Assembly: GCA_000165425.1 (NCBI GenBank)
Contig: CT868671.1
Location: 377,027-441,026 of the forward strand
Direction: 5' to 3'
DNA: 64,000 nucleotides
Origin: Paramecium tetraurelia
Taxonomy: Eukaryota
Of this stretch, positions 13,095-27,779 are shown piece by piece. Each line of letters begins with the position of its first letter. Positions within the stretch are counted from its first letter, which is position 1. A model generated the notes under the pieces. It made no database searches and had not been told where the DNA came from. It was given only the letters and a program-made list of their open reading frames with translations. The position numbers and the translations under genes are program-made.

Positions 13095-14070
13095 ATGAAT
13101 GCTGATGATTTAAGAAATAAACTGAATGAATTAAATAAGAAGCAGGCTGATATTCTAACGAAAAGAAAGGCAATAATAAATGAGATCAGGAACTTCTCAT
13201 TTCAGTATATTAGTTAGCTATATTAATTAGAAAATAAGATAACAAAAAGGTTAAATTAAACAATGGAAAGGAATCTGTACATATAATTGTTTAGATTGTT
13301 TAGAATGTATTTCAAATAAACCTTGTGGGTGCAAAGGAAGAACGTGCAGAAAAGTAAAAGTAGCTTGATGAACAAGTACCCACTACCTTGAAAGAGAAGG
13401 ATAAACGTTTAGCAAAATTCTTATTAGGAAACCATCTCTAGAAAGCGAAATAAGACTTGATGGGTGAGAAATAAAAAGTATTTCTACTCTCCCCCTATTA
13501 TTTAGTTGGATAAATAGATTGAAATAAATAAGAGATTGGATGATAAGGATAAATAGGATTTATAAACTCTGAAAGAGGATTAAAATGTAATTGTTCTTTT
13601 ATAATTTTTTCAGAGAAAGAAGAGTTCATTAGTCAATGAAAGAAAGTAATTAGAGCAAGAGCTGGCTGCAGATGAATATAGAAGATAAGTATTAAATTAA
13701 ATTAAATTATTTTAGGTTCTATTACTTGAGCTATAAATTAAAATAATGAGAGATTTTTTTATTACGAAGTAAATTATTTGATGACCCTTTTAGAACATAC
13801 CCTCATATTTTATGGCAGCCAGCTAAAACGAATGAGGGTATGAATCCTCTAAAGGAATATAGTACTGAGAAGTTCAATGTAAAAATATTGATTTTAGGAG
13901 CATAGGAAATGGAAAAAGATTTGAAGGACTAACTATTGAGGGCTTATACTAATTTCACTGAATCGCAATATTAAAAGTTGAAGGAATAATAAGTTTAATA
14001 GGAGCACGAGAGTTCGTAATCAGAAAGTGAGGAGTCTTAAGAGAAACAGAAGGAAGAAGGGTAAGAATGA
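13095..14070 (+). CDS. Pinin/SDK/memA-like protein (splicing/EJC-associated)
   Basis: KDKRLAKFLLGNHLQKAKQD resembles the pinin motif RNRRIFGLLMGTLQKFKQE. It is followed by a coiled coil and FRTYPHILWQP (compare IRTKTKPHLFYIP), then an acidic tail. Several tiny introns. Confidence 0.62.
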
Positions 14071-14157
14071 TGAAAAATTATAGGTAATAATATATTAGAT
14101 TTAGTTTAATCAATATTATATCATTTATATTATAATAATAAATCATACATCCCAAAA

Positions 14158-15336
14158 ATGGATATTCAATCCATTAATTATAAAAATGTCCAGTTAATTT
14201 GTAAATATTTTTACGATGTTAATATTTAATTTTTACAAAAAAAAAGTCTATAATGATAAGTAATCTGAGAAGTTAGGATAGTGTTTAAATGTCTATGATG
14301 TAATAGCCATATTCTTTCTAAAATGTCTATCATAGTTTTGATGGAAATGACTAGAGAATAAAGGTAAACTAATAAATAATAATGTAGATAAATTAGCTCT
14401 AAATAATTTAACATAAATTCATTAAGTGTCTAAACAATCTCATAAGACATCAAAATAATAAAAAGAAATCAAATATAATTATCTTGCCCAACCAAAATAA
14501 TTAGCTATATGTATAAATGGCTTCTAAAATAATAGGTTATCTTTTAGGACGATAAAATCTTAAGAAAAATTAAAGTCCAAGAATCTAATGATAGTACTTT
14601 CATGTCTTTTCCTAGAAATCAATTTCCTCTTATCTAATGTAAGATTTAAAAAAATCATTAGATTAACTTTATCCTTAGTATTATGCAAATTACCCACAAG
14701 AGTAGTATCAAGCCTTGCAATATTAAATTACAAATCCAATCTTATAATCTTAAGATCGATTCTTAGGCTAGCCAAAACAAGTATAATCAAGTCAGCATTT
14801 TCGAACTTCTGATTTTTAGTTTTTTGGTTCACATGATGATTCTGAATCTATCGAACCTAATTAAGCGGAAAAGGATAGTAAAGATTAAAAAAATTCTTAT
14901 TTTAAGTTAAAGAGTAAGATCAAAAAAGGAAAAGTAAATGATACTAAAAATATCACTAAAAATTTTTCTAAAGCAATCATTAGCTACATTATATAAAATA
15001 AAGATATAGGATTAAAAATAATGAACTGTGAATAATTTGAAGAATTTGTGAGTGTGTTAAAGGATAAGAAGAATCAGATGACTAACATTAAACAACTTAG
15101 AGAACTTTGGGTTGATACTAACTAAGAGAAAAGTCAACAATTTAATAAAGCATTTCGAATTTTTAGGTAATACATAATATAAAATAATTTATAGTGAATA
15201 TTTTCTAAAACAATAATCAGTATCTTACATTTACAATTCAAGAATAGCGAACACTGGATGGCATCTAAAATACAGATATAATTTACTAAGAGCTCTTAAA
15301 GAACCAGAAAATTTTAAATATATAAAAGATATTTGA
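14158..15336 (+). CDS. Hypothetical protein with a conserved-looking basic C-terminal domain
   Basis: Q-rich N-terminus, then NDTKNITKNFSKAIISYII..NKAFRIF..YFLKQQSVSYIYNSRI..HLKYRYNLLRALKEPENFKYIK; TGA at 15334-15336. Confidence 0.7.
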
Positions 15337-15381
15337 AATATAAAATTTTAATATATCTTATATTTTATTTATTTCTTATTT

Positions 15382-17275
15382 TCATACATGTTTACTTAAT
15401 GCAGCCTTAACTGATTTAGCAATATTTGATTAATCCTTTTTTTCATCCTCAGTATTAGTTTATTGTTATTATTAGGGCTTTTGAGTGTATTTCAATAGAA
15501 CATTTCCAGTAGGTGCTTATTGTTAACTAATTACATTAATAAGGAATATTACTTTTATTGTAGCTTTTTGAATTAAACACTTGGAGAGACAAATTAATTC
15601 ATATTTGGAGATTCTTGAATAATAATAATTAATTACCTTCACATGCAACAGTTCTTCCTGTAATAACTGGAGTTCTCATTATCATTTACTAGTCTTTATT
15701 CTATACTTCTTTCATCTTATTGGTCGCCTGCATAACTGGAGATTTAATAGGCGAATTAGTTAATTGATTAATTCTAAGCATATCAAATTTTGCTGCCCTA
15801 AATGAATAGATTCATTTAAATACTATTCATTGATTTATTAGATTCTAACATTCAACCCTGGTTTATCATCGATATCCCCAATATTTCCATCATCTTCCTA
15901 TGCGGCATTGATAGTTTTCTCGCATAATGCAACAAATTCATATTTCAAAGCGTCGGTAGCTGTTATTCTTTTCTTAGGCGAAGGCTCCAACATATGTTTT
16001 AGCAATTCAAAAGCTGGTGGTGGTACAACATCAAACACAGGACTTTTAAAATTGATTTTAGCTTCCTTGTTTTATTAGACTATTGTGTTATAACTTCTTC
16101 CAGGAAACCCTGGCTTTCCTGTTAATAATATGTGGAAGACTAGTCCAAGAGAATAAATATCACAAACACTATCATAAGTTGTTGACATATCAGTAATATT
16201 GATAACTTCTGGAGCCACAAATCCAGGAGTACCACATCTGCAATAAAGATATACTGGCAGATTTACAAAAGTAGCTAACCCGAAATCGGCTATCACAACT
16301 GAATTGATATCGCTATTTTCGTTAATAAATAATAATATTATACTTCTATTCTTTGAATAAAATGTTTTCTAATTTTAAATCTCTATGCATAATGTTCTTA
16401 GAATGCATGTGTGCCAATCCTTCCAAAAGTCCTCTCATAATAGATTGAATTTATTTGTTTGTTAAGATTACTTTCTTTTTCATTATCTCATATAATTATC
16501 CTCCTTATAATAATTCTAATCCCATATATAAAGAATTCTGAGTTTCATAAACCTCGTATAATTTCATAATATTAGGGTGATCGAGCTCTCTCATTATTGT
16601 TATTTCATTAATTAAACCCTCCTTTAAAATTATCATAATAATTGAGTACCTTTCCATTCTCTTCTGCATAAACTGCACTTTTTGAAAATGCTTTGATAGC
16701 CATTTATTATCCGTCTTCAATTCGTTCTGCCAAATAAACACTTGCAAAATTTCCCTTTCCAATCTTTTTGAAAACTTTGAACATGTGATGAAATCCCATC
16801 TGATTGATTTTCTATCCGAAATATTTTCGAAATGTTTTTAAAATCTCTTAATCACCAGTGAAATCCCAAAATTTTTCTGTATTCTCACTTTACAATCTTA
16901 TATGCAAAATGTCACCTAGTGTTTGTACATCCTCAGGCTTGACTATATCAGCTCTAGTAGATGCAGGAGTGTTAGGAGTTGATTTTTTTTAAGATGCATT
17001 GGCTTTCAAAACAGGTGCATCTCTAAATATTTCAAATCTGGTAGTAAAATCCAAAGGGAGTAATTTATGAACATGCTTACTTTTGTCCTTTTCAATATAA
17101 CTTCAATTACTTTGAATAATAATATATGTTTATCAGTAATTACTAAATGTCTTTCGTGTTATTTCTTTCCCAATTTTGTGACTGTGGCTTCAAATTTAGG
17201 TTTAGGGAATACAAAATCCTAAGGCACAGCTTACCATAATGGTCCTTGTCCAACTTATGTTTATTATTATTACAT
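15382..17275 (-). CDS. Ser/Thr protein kinase (CAMK-like) with an N-terminal PH-like region
   Basis: GKGNFASVY, AIKAF, INEITIMRELDHPNIMKLYEVYE, HRDLKLENILF, IADFGLA, CGTPGFVAPE, CDIYSLG; tiny introns. Confidence 0.92.
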
Positions 17276-17656
17276 ATAATTAATTATAAAGCAACCTAAA
17301 TTAGATTTCTATAAAATTAAGTAAAGTCAATTAAAATATTTATAACTAATTAAACTCATTGTTTATAACATTATTTGGTATTGCACCCAGTCTAATTCTT
17401 TCATATTTACATTCTTTTATATTTAAAATTATATTGGCTTATAACATAACTAAATTATTTTCTTAATTTAAATTATTAAATAAGAGAATCAATTGTTTAG
17501 AAGTCATAATCAGATTTTTATTAACCTAGGTTTTACAAGAAACAGATTCAGAAGAGGTCGAATCTAAATCTAATTAAGTTAGACATTTAAATAGACACAC
17601 CTTAAATAATATGAGAAAAATGGTGAATTACACCAAAAATGAATAATATTTACTCA

Positions 17657-19297
17657 TCAAATTTGTTATATTGACACTAAATACTCTAACTTAGTGAAGG
17701 CATCTCGAAAAACAATTTTGTCATCATTTTTGGAAAAGAATTTAATTGTTTTTTAATATCCATCCTATAATTCATAGTATATTTCAAAATATTTTTCTTC
17801 TTGTTGCTTTAAATCAGTAATAGCATTTATTGGAATTCTTTTGTATTTCTTTTTCTCTGTCTCTTGAACAAACAATGACTTAATTAGATTGGATACAAGC
17901 TTGGTAATTCCAACTTTTTTTGCTTGTTTTTAATTAAATGTATAATAAAGATCAAAGTAATCTATGCCTAAAATGACATCAATTAACTACTCTTTATATG
18001 CCCTTATCAAGTTAAATTCTTAATAACTATATAATAAAGGCAACTTCTCTACAGTTGCCAATTACATAAAGTTTATAGATAAGAAGCCACATGAATTTGA
18101 GCCTCTCATGTTCTCATGAATTGTATTATTTAATGTTCTCCCAATATTTGCCATTGATACCTCTTCTTAGGAGTCTAGAAGATTATTTCTTGCTTTTTAA
18201 ATAATAACTAACCAATGAATGGGTAATTAGTTAATAGGAAATTTTTCATTTAATTCCCCAAAATCGTAATTTACACATGAAAATTTCAGACTTAGGTAGA
18301 AATCATTTTTTAAATACTTTTTACTAACTTTTCTATTCAATTCTACTAAACAATCTCCCAAAGTTCCTTTTTTATTTACTTTAATATGATAAAAGATAAG
18401 TGATTGAGGGTCCTCTATTAATAAAATAATTGATTCAGGATTAGATATAAATGTTTGCTTTATAGTTTAAAAATCTAATCCAAAATTAGTAGTAGTAGGC
18501 AATAACTCTACCATTTTATAAAACAATTGAGATTCAAGATCTATTTCCGGCCTTTCTAAAGATTCTTCCTCTAATATTATGCTGTCATTATCAAAATTCT
18601 CGTCATTATTATATGTGTATTTTGTTGGACTTAAGTCTTAACCAACCAATTTATATGCTAAGCTAAAATTCTAATATTCGAATTTAGACTTGTCACTTTT
18701 AGGATCAGAGGCAAATCTTTTCAAAGCTAATACAATAAATTCAGCAGCTCTGATGGATTCATCAACAGAAATAATTTATTAATATTGTGTTCCAAAGTAT
18801 TTGACCTGAATTTGGATTGAAAAATTCTATTAATAGATATTTAATTATTTTGTAAATTCTGATTTTTTTTAAACTTAAGAAGATTTTATTTTCCTCAAGG
18901 TATCTGAATCATTTTTATTTGCATCATTCTCATCAATTGCAAAACCAGTTGTAGTGGTTTTGCATTTTTTATAATTTTATTTTCTGGTTGCTGATGTATA
19001 TTGTTTTTTTGGTGTATAATTAATTTATTGAGCTTCTTCTAATTTTTCAAGTTTTATTAATGAAAAATCAACAGGATCTCGTTTTTACTATTAAATAAAA
19101 GGACTTTCTCCAACGGATTATTGTAGTACAAACTCTGAAATGTCTGTGTTGCTTGGTAAATTATAGTTTTAGTAGTCAATTTATTGCACATTTTCCAATT
19201 ATTTGGCAAGCCAATCATTATCAATAAAGACACTCGTTGTGTTAGATTGAAATGAGTAAGGGGTTGCTAAAGAGTTATCAATATTGAATAAATTCAT
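17657..19297 (-). CDS. SIN1/Avo1-like protein (CRIM-like + PH-like), paralog A
   Basis: IQVKYFGT..ISVDESIRAAEFIVLALKRF..AYKLVG followed by an acidic loop (CRIM-like). C-terminal YQEFNLIRAYKEQLIDVILGIDYFDLYY..RIPINAITDLK..AFTKLEYLV (SIN1-PH-like). The ORF is solid; the family assignment is by eye. Confidence 0.6.
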
Positions 19298-21060
19298 AAT
19301 TGTTATTTATATTTTATATATAAATCCACTAAATATTCTAATTTATTGTATGCATTCATTATAGTTTTCTATTGCAGATCTAATTTCGATTTCTCTTAGT
19401 TTAAATCTATTCCAAAAGTAAGTTATTTTTTGTAGTTTTGACTTTTCTCATAAACTATTATCAGATAAAAATCTTTTGTCATTTCAACTTTTTATATTTT
19501 ATTTAAAGGCAATCTCCTATAATCTTTTTGTATTACTGGCTCTTCAAATAAAATTTGAGAAATTGATTTACAAAGCTTTCCAAGAGTAAATTATCTTTGT
19601 CTCTCTTAGGTGTAAGTATAATACAAATCGAAATAATCAATTCCTAAAATCACATTATTTTTAAATTATTTATCAATTTTTAATAATTAATACTCTTAAT
19701 ACGAATATAAGGTTCGAACTTTATCTGTGCTCTCAGATGTTTTGCCTTCCTCTTGCAAAAATCTCTATGATTTATTTGCACTTTTTGAGAAGATAGTATC
19801 TTTATTGATATTCATTGTAAAGCTATCGTTGCATTATCTTAATGAACGAGTGACTTCAGTTTGAAATTTTTAAATGAGTATCAAATAATGTATTGGTAAT
19901 TTACTTATAGGTATCTTTAAATTAATTGGTTCCGTACTCATGTGAATACAAGGATATTTTAATACGAGATTATAATCGGCACTTCTAAATTTCTTATTTG
20001 CTTTTCTACTTAATTCTGTAAATAATTCTTCAACCAATTAATTCGGGCAGATTTTCATATGAAATCTGACTTGACTGATAGGTTCCTCAATAAGAATAAG
20101 TATATGATTTGGATGATATTGATGCAACATCTTTACCATCTGCAAATCAATATCTAACTATTTCGGATCTAATATTGGTACAATATCAACAGATTTATAA
20201 TAACGCATTGGAGATTCTAAATCAATTTAAATAATTTTGTCATCAATATCATCAGCTAATAATGAAATTTCAGCCTATGAAATTGGTTTCTAATCAAAAT
20301 CTATTTAATTTAAACTTTCTCTTCTTGATTTCATCATGTCTTCCAGAGAGCCAAAACTTTTGTATCTTTAGATTGGTCTACGATATGAGATTTCATCCAA
20401 ATCCTACTAATCATCCTACCCCTCAATTTAATAAGCTAAACTGTAATTTGGAAATTCATACAAAGATTAATCTAATTTGCTATCATTTTGGAACTATGCT
20501 AAAGCTAAAACAATAAATTCTGCAGCCAGCATGTCTTAGTCAATCACCAGGACTTTCGTGATTGTAGATCGAAAATAACGAACCTGAATTGGTTTCTACT
20601 ATTACCTTAAATTTGTAAGAAACATTCCAGAAAAATTGGATCTCTTGATTTTTATTCTTTCAAATGAAGTCTCAATAATTTAGTTGTTTTTTTTCACGAA
20701 GTATTTATCTGCCTTTTAAGTATTGTGCTTATGTATTGATTATCCAATCAAAACTGTGGTTTAACATCTCTTTACTAATCTCTTTTTATTCTATGACGCC
20801 TTGGTCTATTTAATTTGAGATTCACATATGCTATTTGATTTCTATTCTGAAGTCTGAGCCACCTTCTCTTAACAATCCTTTTAGATAGAAACTTCAACTT
20901 GTGATTAATGGGCGGAGTCATTATTTTGCTTTTCATTTTCTAAATCTAAAAAGTTAGTTTTCTCTGATCTTAAAGGACTGCTAAATTATTAATCTGATTC
21001 AGAGGATTAGGTGTCTGTTTATATGGATATAGATAAAGCAGAGAAATTATAATTTTCCAT
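19294..21060 (-). CDS. SIN1/Avo1-like protein (CRIM-like + PH-like), paralog B
   Basis: IQVRYFRSTITKVLVIDQDMLAAEFIVLALA..YSLAYQIEG; YSYQEYQLLKIDKQFKNNVILGIDYFDLYYTY; AYNKLEYLV. Clearly homologous to the adjacent gene. TGA at 19296-19294. Confidence 0.6.
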
Positions 21061-21376
21061 TATTAAATATAATATTAATTTAAGAATGAAGAACAAAAAA
21101 TTCAACCTAATTCAATTTACACTACTCAAAAATATCACACTTGTGTGTCTTCAGAGAATAAAATTTGATAGCCAAATTAGGATTGAATTCTATGATTTTC
21201 TACACTGGATCTCAATTCTTAATGAATGAACCAATTAACTTTGGATCATATTTATGTATATTTGGTTTCAATGATTTTTTAGTCATTTGAGGGCATATTA
21301 ACATGAAGGGAAATATTATTGTTTCTTAACAGTATTTTATAATTGATAATATAATTAAATTTTAAATTTAAACCAG

Positions 21377-23246
21377 ATGGATAAATACAAAAAGATTAGA
21401 GTAGTTGGAAAAGGTATTATGATAAAATAAATCAGGTAGTTTTGGATATGCTCTTCTAGCCTAGGCTTTGTCAAATAAGAAAAATTATATAATAAAAGTA
21501 TCAAATGATTTAAATTAGATTATTGACATATCTAAGATGGACAGGAAATAAAGAGAGGAAGCATTGAATGAAGTTCATGTATTGAAGGCCATGAGGCATC
21601 CCTATATAATTACGTATAGAGAATCATTTATGGAGAAAAAGTATGATTTTTTAATGAAACCTTTGATAGATGTCTATGTATAGTAATGGATTATGCCGAT
21701 GGAGGTGATTTGTATGGTAAGATAGCGAAACAAAAAGAACTTGGAATACTCTTTTCGGAAGAACAAATATTAGATTGGTTTGTTTAAATGGCATTGGCAA
21801 TGAATCACATACATGAGAGGAAGATTTTGCATCGTGATTTGAAAACATAAAATATATTCCTCACAAGCAAAAATGATGTGAAAATAGGGGATTTTGGTAT
21901 TGCACGTGTTCTATAACACACATATGATTGTGCCAAAACAGCAATAGGGACCCCATACTATTTAAGCCCAGAAATATGCTAAGAAAAACCATACAATCAA
22001 AAATCTGACATCTGGTCGCTTGGTTGTATTTTGTATGAGTTAACTACCTTGAATCATGCATTTGATGCATTGTCAATGAAAGAATTGGTTTTAAAAATAT
22101 TAAGAGGAACTTACCCTCCAATACCCTCACAATATTCTTCAGAATTACAATCGTTAATAGCTGATATGCTGATTAAGGATCCATCAAAGAGACCGAGTAT
22201 AAAGAGAATTTTAGAGAGAGATTTCTTAAAATAAAGAATAGGAAGTTTATTAGTTTCAACATTGAATAGACATGAATTATAGGAGTTGACAGAAATAAAA
22301 CCTACTGAAAATCTGTAACATATATAATCTTATAGTTAGTTTTATATAACCTTAATAAACTGCATAATAATTTATTTTATAATAAAAACAGTTTGAATAA
22401 AATAAGATATCTCAAAATCAGAGTTAAAATAATTCACCTATTACTTCAAGATAGATTATTCAAACTGTAGCTAGTAAGAAACCTTCACCCAAAAAGGATA
22501 ACAGCAAAGTAGAGTTAAAATCATTGTTTAATAGGCAAAATTCACCTTTGCAATCAATAAATTAAAATTATTCTATACAATAATAACAAATTTATTCTTA
22601 ATAATAATAGTAATAACTAATGGATGAAAAATTTGAAAAACCTCAGTCATTTGCTAGTGTAGTTAGTTAGAAAGAAAATCAATAATAATTGCAGCCTCCT
22701 AAATAATAATAAAATATAGAATTATTAAATAAATTTTATTTAAAAGACAATACAAACATTGTTAGATTACAAAGTAAGAGTCCAATTTTGCAGGAGCAAA
22801 AAAGAAAAGAATCAATAGTAAGTTTGGTAAGAGAAGATGACAGTTTCGAATAATAATAAGGTTATAAGTTCCTTATTAAAGACATGAGGAAATGTTTGGA
22901 TAAAAAATAATCGAAGGAAGAGGAAGAATCAATCATTGTGGATAATTTCAAAATAGTTCCTTAGTAATTTTATCAGTAATATATTTATAGATTTCTTAAT
23001 CAATAAAAGTAATTTTAAGTCCCTGGTACTTCTGAAAGAGACACTATCGGCTATAAGATAGAAGCTCTCAGATATTATTTAGAATAGCAAATGGGTTTAG
23101 ACTCTTTCATGAAAGCTTATCAGACTTTAGAGAATAGTTAAGAAAGTGAATAATTGAAATAAGCAAATTAATAACTAAATTTAGAATTAAGGAAATACAT
23201 ACCATTAATAATCTAATTAATAGTTTGTGAAGATTCATATTATTGA
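21377..23246 (+). CDS. NIMA-related kinase (NEK1/4/5-like)
   Basis: [70 protein letters not shown]1-type C-terminus [31 protein letters not shown]. Confidence 0.95.
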
Positions 23247-23283
23247 TCTATAGTATTCAAATTCAAAAATTTATAAGGATTTC

Positions 23284-23669
23284 TCATTTCTGTGATTAAA
23301 TACAATTGAAAATATCGTCCTCTTCTTGAATAATAGCGTGTGAGATATAAAGATTTAGCATTTTCTAAATGAAAATGGAATAAATTAATTACAATCTTCA
23401 AATTTGGATTAATAAGCATTCTTTGGCCTTACTTTGAAGCCGACACTGGTTATTTCAAGGGAATGGGGATAATAATTTTATTGTATGAGGATGAATCTTG
23501 AGTTTCTAAAGGAGTATTTTCATAATCTTCTATCTGAATTATTATAATATAAAATTACCTTAATATATTTTCTGGGGGATGGTTCTAATGATTCATTTGA
23601 TTTAGCAATATCTGTTAATCTTAATGAATCATATAATTCATCTCTTGTAGGTGTTAAGAATTATGACAT
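23284..23669 (-). CDS. Small hypothetical protein (3' frame uncertain)
   Basis: ATG at 23669 (MSQFLTPTRDELYDSLRL..) and two canonical-looking tiny introns, but the most protein-like last exon is one base out of frame. Confidence 0.4.
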
Positions 23670-24486
23670 TGTTACTGGTAAAAGGATGATATTATATTAA
23701 TTAAAAATATAAATAATTAATGATAACTAACAATATTATAATATAAAAGGAGTCGAAACAACATCCAGGCTTGTTTTTTGATAAATAATTGAAAATATCA
23801 ATCAAAAGGGAATGATTTAAAAACATAAGAGCGATTTTGAGATCTTCATACAACTGTTTTATGATAAGAGGTTAAATTAAAAAGCTAAAAAATTCATTTA
23901 AAATATTGGTTTGAAGTCATTTGCATTAGATTTGTACGAAATATATGGTTTATTAATACTTTCAAATATATTTCAGATCCTGGTATATTTTGAAGATTTG
24001 TATTTGTATGTGTTATAAAGCAAACTATACAATTTATGAGTTACAATAGAGTATTCTTTTAAAATACTTCACTTAAAAAAATGGAGTGTAGAATAATAAG
24101 TCATAGCATTGAAGAATTCTTCTTTAAAATTGGATGAATTTTAAGAAATCTTTAAAATTGCGCTTTTATTGGTGATGCATTTTAAGAGAATAATTTAGTT
24201 TACAAAGCATGTGATTTTATAAATTGACAATTGTTGATTAACAGTTATTAGAGAATTAATAATTGAAATTAAGATTAAATTTACTATTTGATTGTGATGA
24301 TGTAAATGATAGCATAGAAGATGAGAATGACATTTGATTTAGGAATAAATAAGGAATAAATTCTCAAATTTAAGCAAATAGTATTTTAATGAATTGGATG
24401 AGAGCGATTAAAATTTAAGATAAATATAAATTTTAATATATTATAAATAATTATATATATAAATAAAAAATAGAAATAGGTAGAAA

Positions 24487-26116
24487 ATGTCCTTGAAAGA
24501 CTTTTAGATTTTGTAAGAACTAGGTAAAATTTATAATGAAGTTAGGTGAGGGAGCATATTCGAAAGTGTATAAAGTAAGAAGAATAGCAGATGGTTTCGA
24601 ATACGCTTTAAAGAAAGTGAAACTACAATCATTATCAGACAAAGAGAAATAAAATGCTTTGAATGAAGTTAGAATATTAGCAAGTGTCAGACATGCCAAT
24701 GTAATTTAGTATAAGGAGGCGTTTTTAGAAGAATCTACTCAGAGTTTGTGGTATAACCTATTGTTTCTAAATAGTATTGTAATGGAGTATGCAGATGATG
24801 GAGACTTATTCCAAAAGATTGTTGAGTGTTAGAAAAAAGGAATGTTGATGGCTGAAAAGGACATTTGGAACTACTTTACATAAGTAATTCATCCATCTAC
24901 TTTAAGATAGTTAAGGGATTGAAGGCATTGCACGATATGAAGATATATCATCGAGACTTGAAATCAGCTAACGTCTTTATGAATGTAGATGGAACTGTTA
25001 AATTGGGAGATATGAATGTATCTAAAGTGGCTAAAAAAATACTATTATACACTTAAACCGGAACCCCTTATTATGCATCACCTGAGGTGTGGAAGGATCA
25101 GCCTTACGATTCCAAATCCGATATCTGGTCATTAGGTTGTGTTCTTTATGAGATGACTACATTAAAACCTCCATTTAGAGCAGAAGATATGAACGGTCTT
25201 TACAAGAAAGTTGTTAGAGGCTATTATCCAAAAATACCAACAATATATAGTTAAGATCTAAGCAATATTATCAGAGCTTTACTTTAAGTTTAACCTCATT
25301 TGAGACCATCTTGCGATAAAATCTTATAACTATCAGCAGTTGTCAATAGAATGGATGATAAGGTTCTGATTGAAGAAGAAGGGGCTAAATTCTTATTATA
25401 AACTATTCGAGTCCCCAGAGTCATGCATTATCTAACTGACAGATTACCTAAGCCGAATTATGCCCCGGTAAAAATGATGAGAATTGATAAAAATCAGTTC
25501 ATTCAAACTTTGGCTGTTTAAAAATCAAGCCAAGATAATGTTGAAGATCCTTTAACCAATTCGAATATTGAACATTTACCTAGGATTGGCCGTAGGTTAG
25601 ATGATTCTTAGATCTAATCATATGATGCTTCATCTGTTCTTAGTAAAAAATAGAATAAAGTTGATGAATCGCACATACTACCTAAGCCTTCATTAGAAAT
25701 TGCATAGTAGGGTTCTAAAAACAGTGAGAAACTCAATCTCATTCACTAGATTTATGCTGGCAATCCTGTGAAAGCTGTAAAGAAAACAAAAAAACCTATG
25801 AAACCAGAAATTCAGATACTTTAATAAAAGTTAGTATAGAAGAAATTGGATATCGAAGGTGAACCAAAACCTTTACTAATTAAAAAGTATATAATAGTTT
25901 ATAATTTAAAGTGTTAAACATCAATAAGAGGAAAAATCTCCATCTCCATTTTTGCCTGCTCTTCCTGCTATTTCTAAAGAGAAAAGAATCATGAAAGACA
26001 ACAATGAAGATGAACAATTAAAAAGGATTAAACAGACTGAAGAATAGATATAATTGCTAAAAGAAAAATAATTAAAATAAAAAAGAAAATATTAACTTAG
26101 AAATTCAGAGAAATGA
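24487..26116 (+). CDS. NIMA-related kinase (CNK2/ciliary NRK-like)
   Basis: [97 protein letters not shown]. Confidence 0.95.
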
Positions 26117-26146
26117 TTATTCTTATATTAAAAATATCAATTGTAA

Positions 26147-27723
<1,577 letters not shown>

Positions 27724-27779
27724 ATTAATATTAACTACAGTATTTATCCGTAAAATAATTAAAAAAATATATAAATAAC

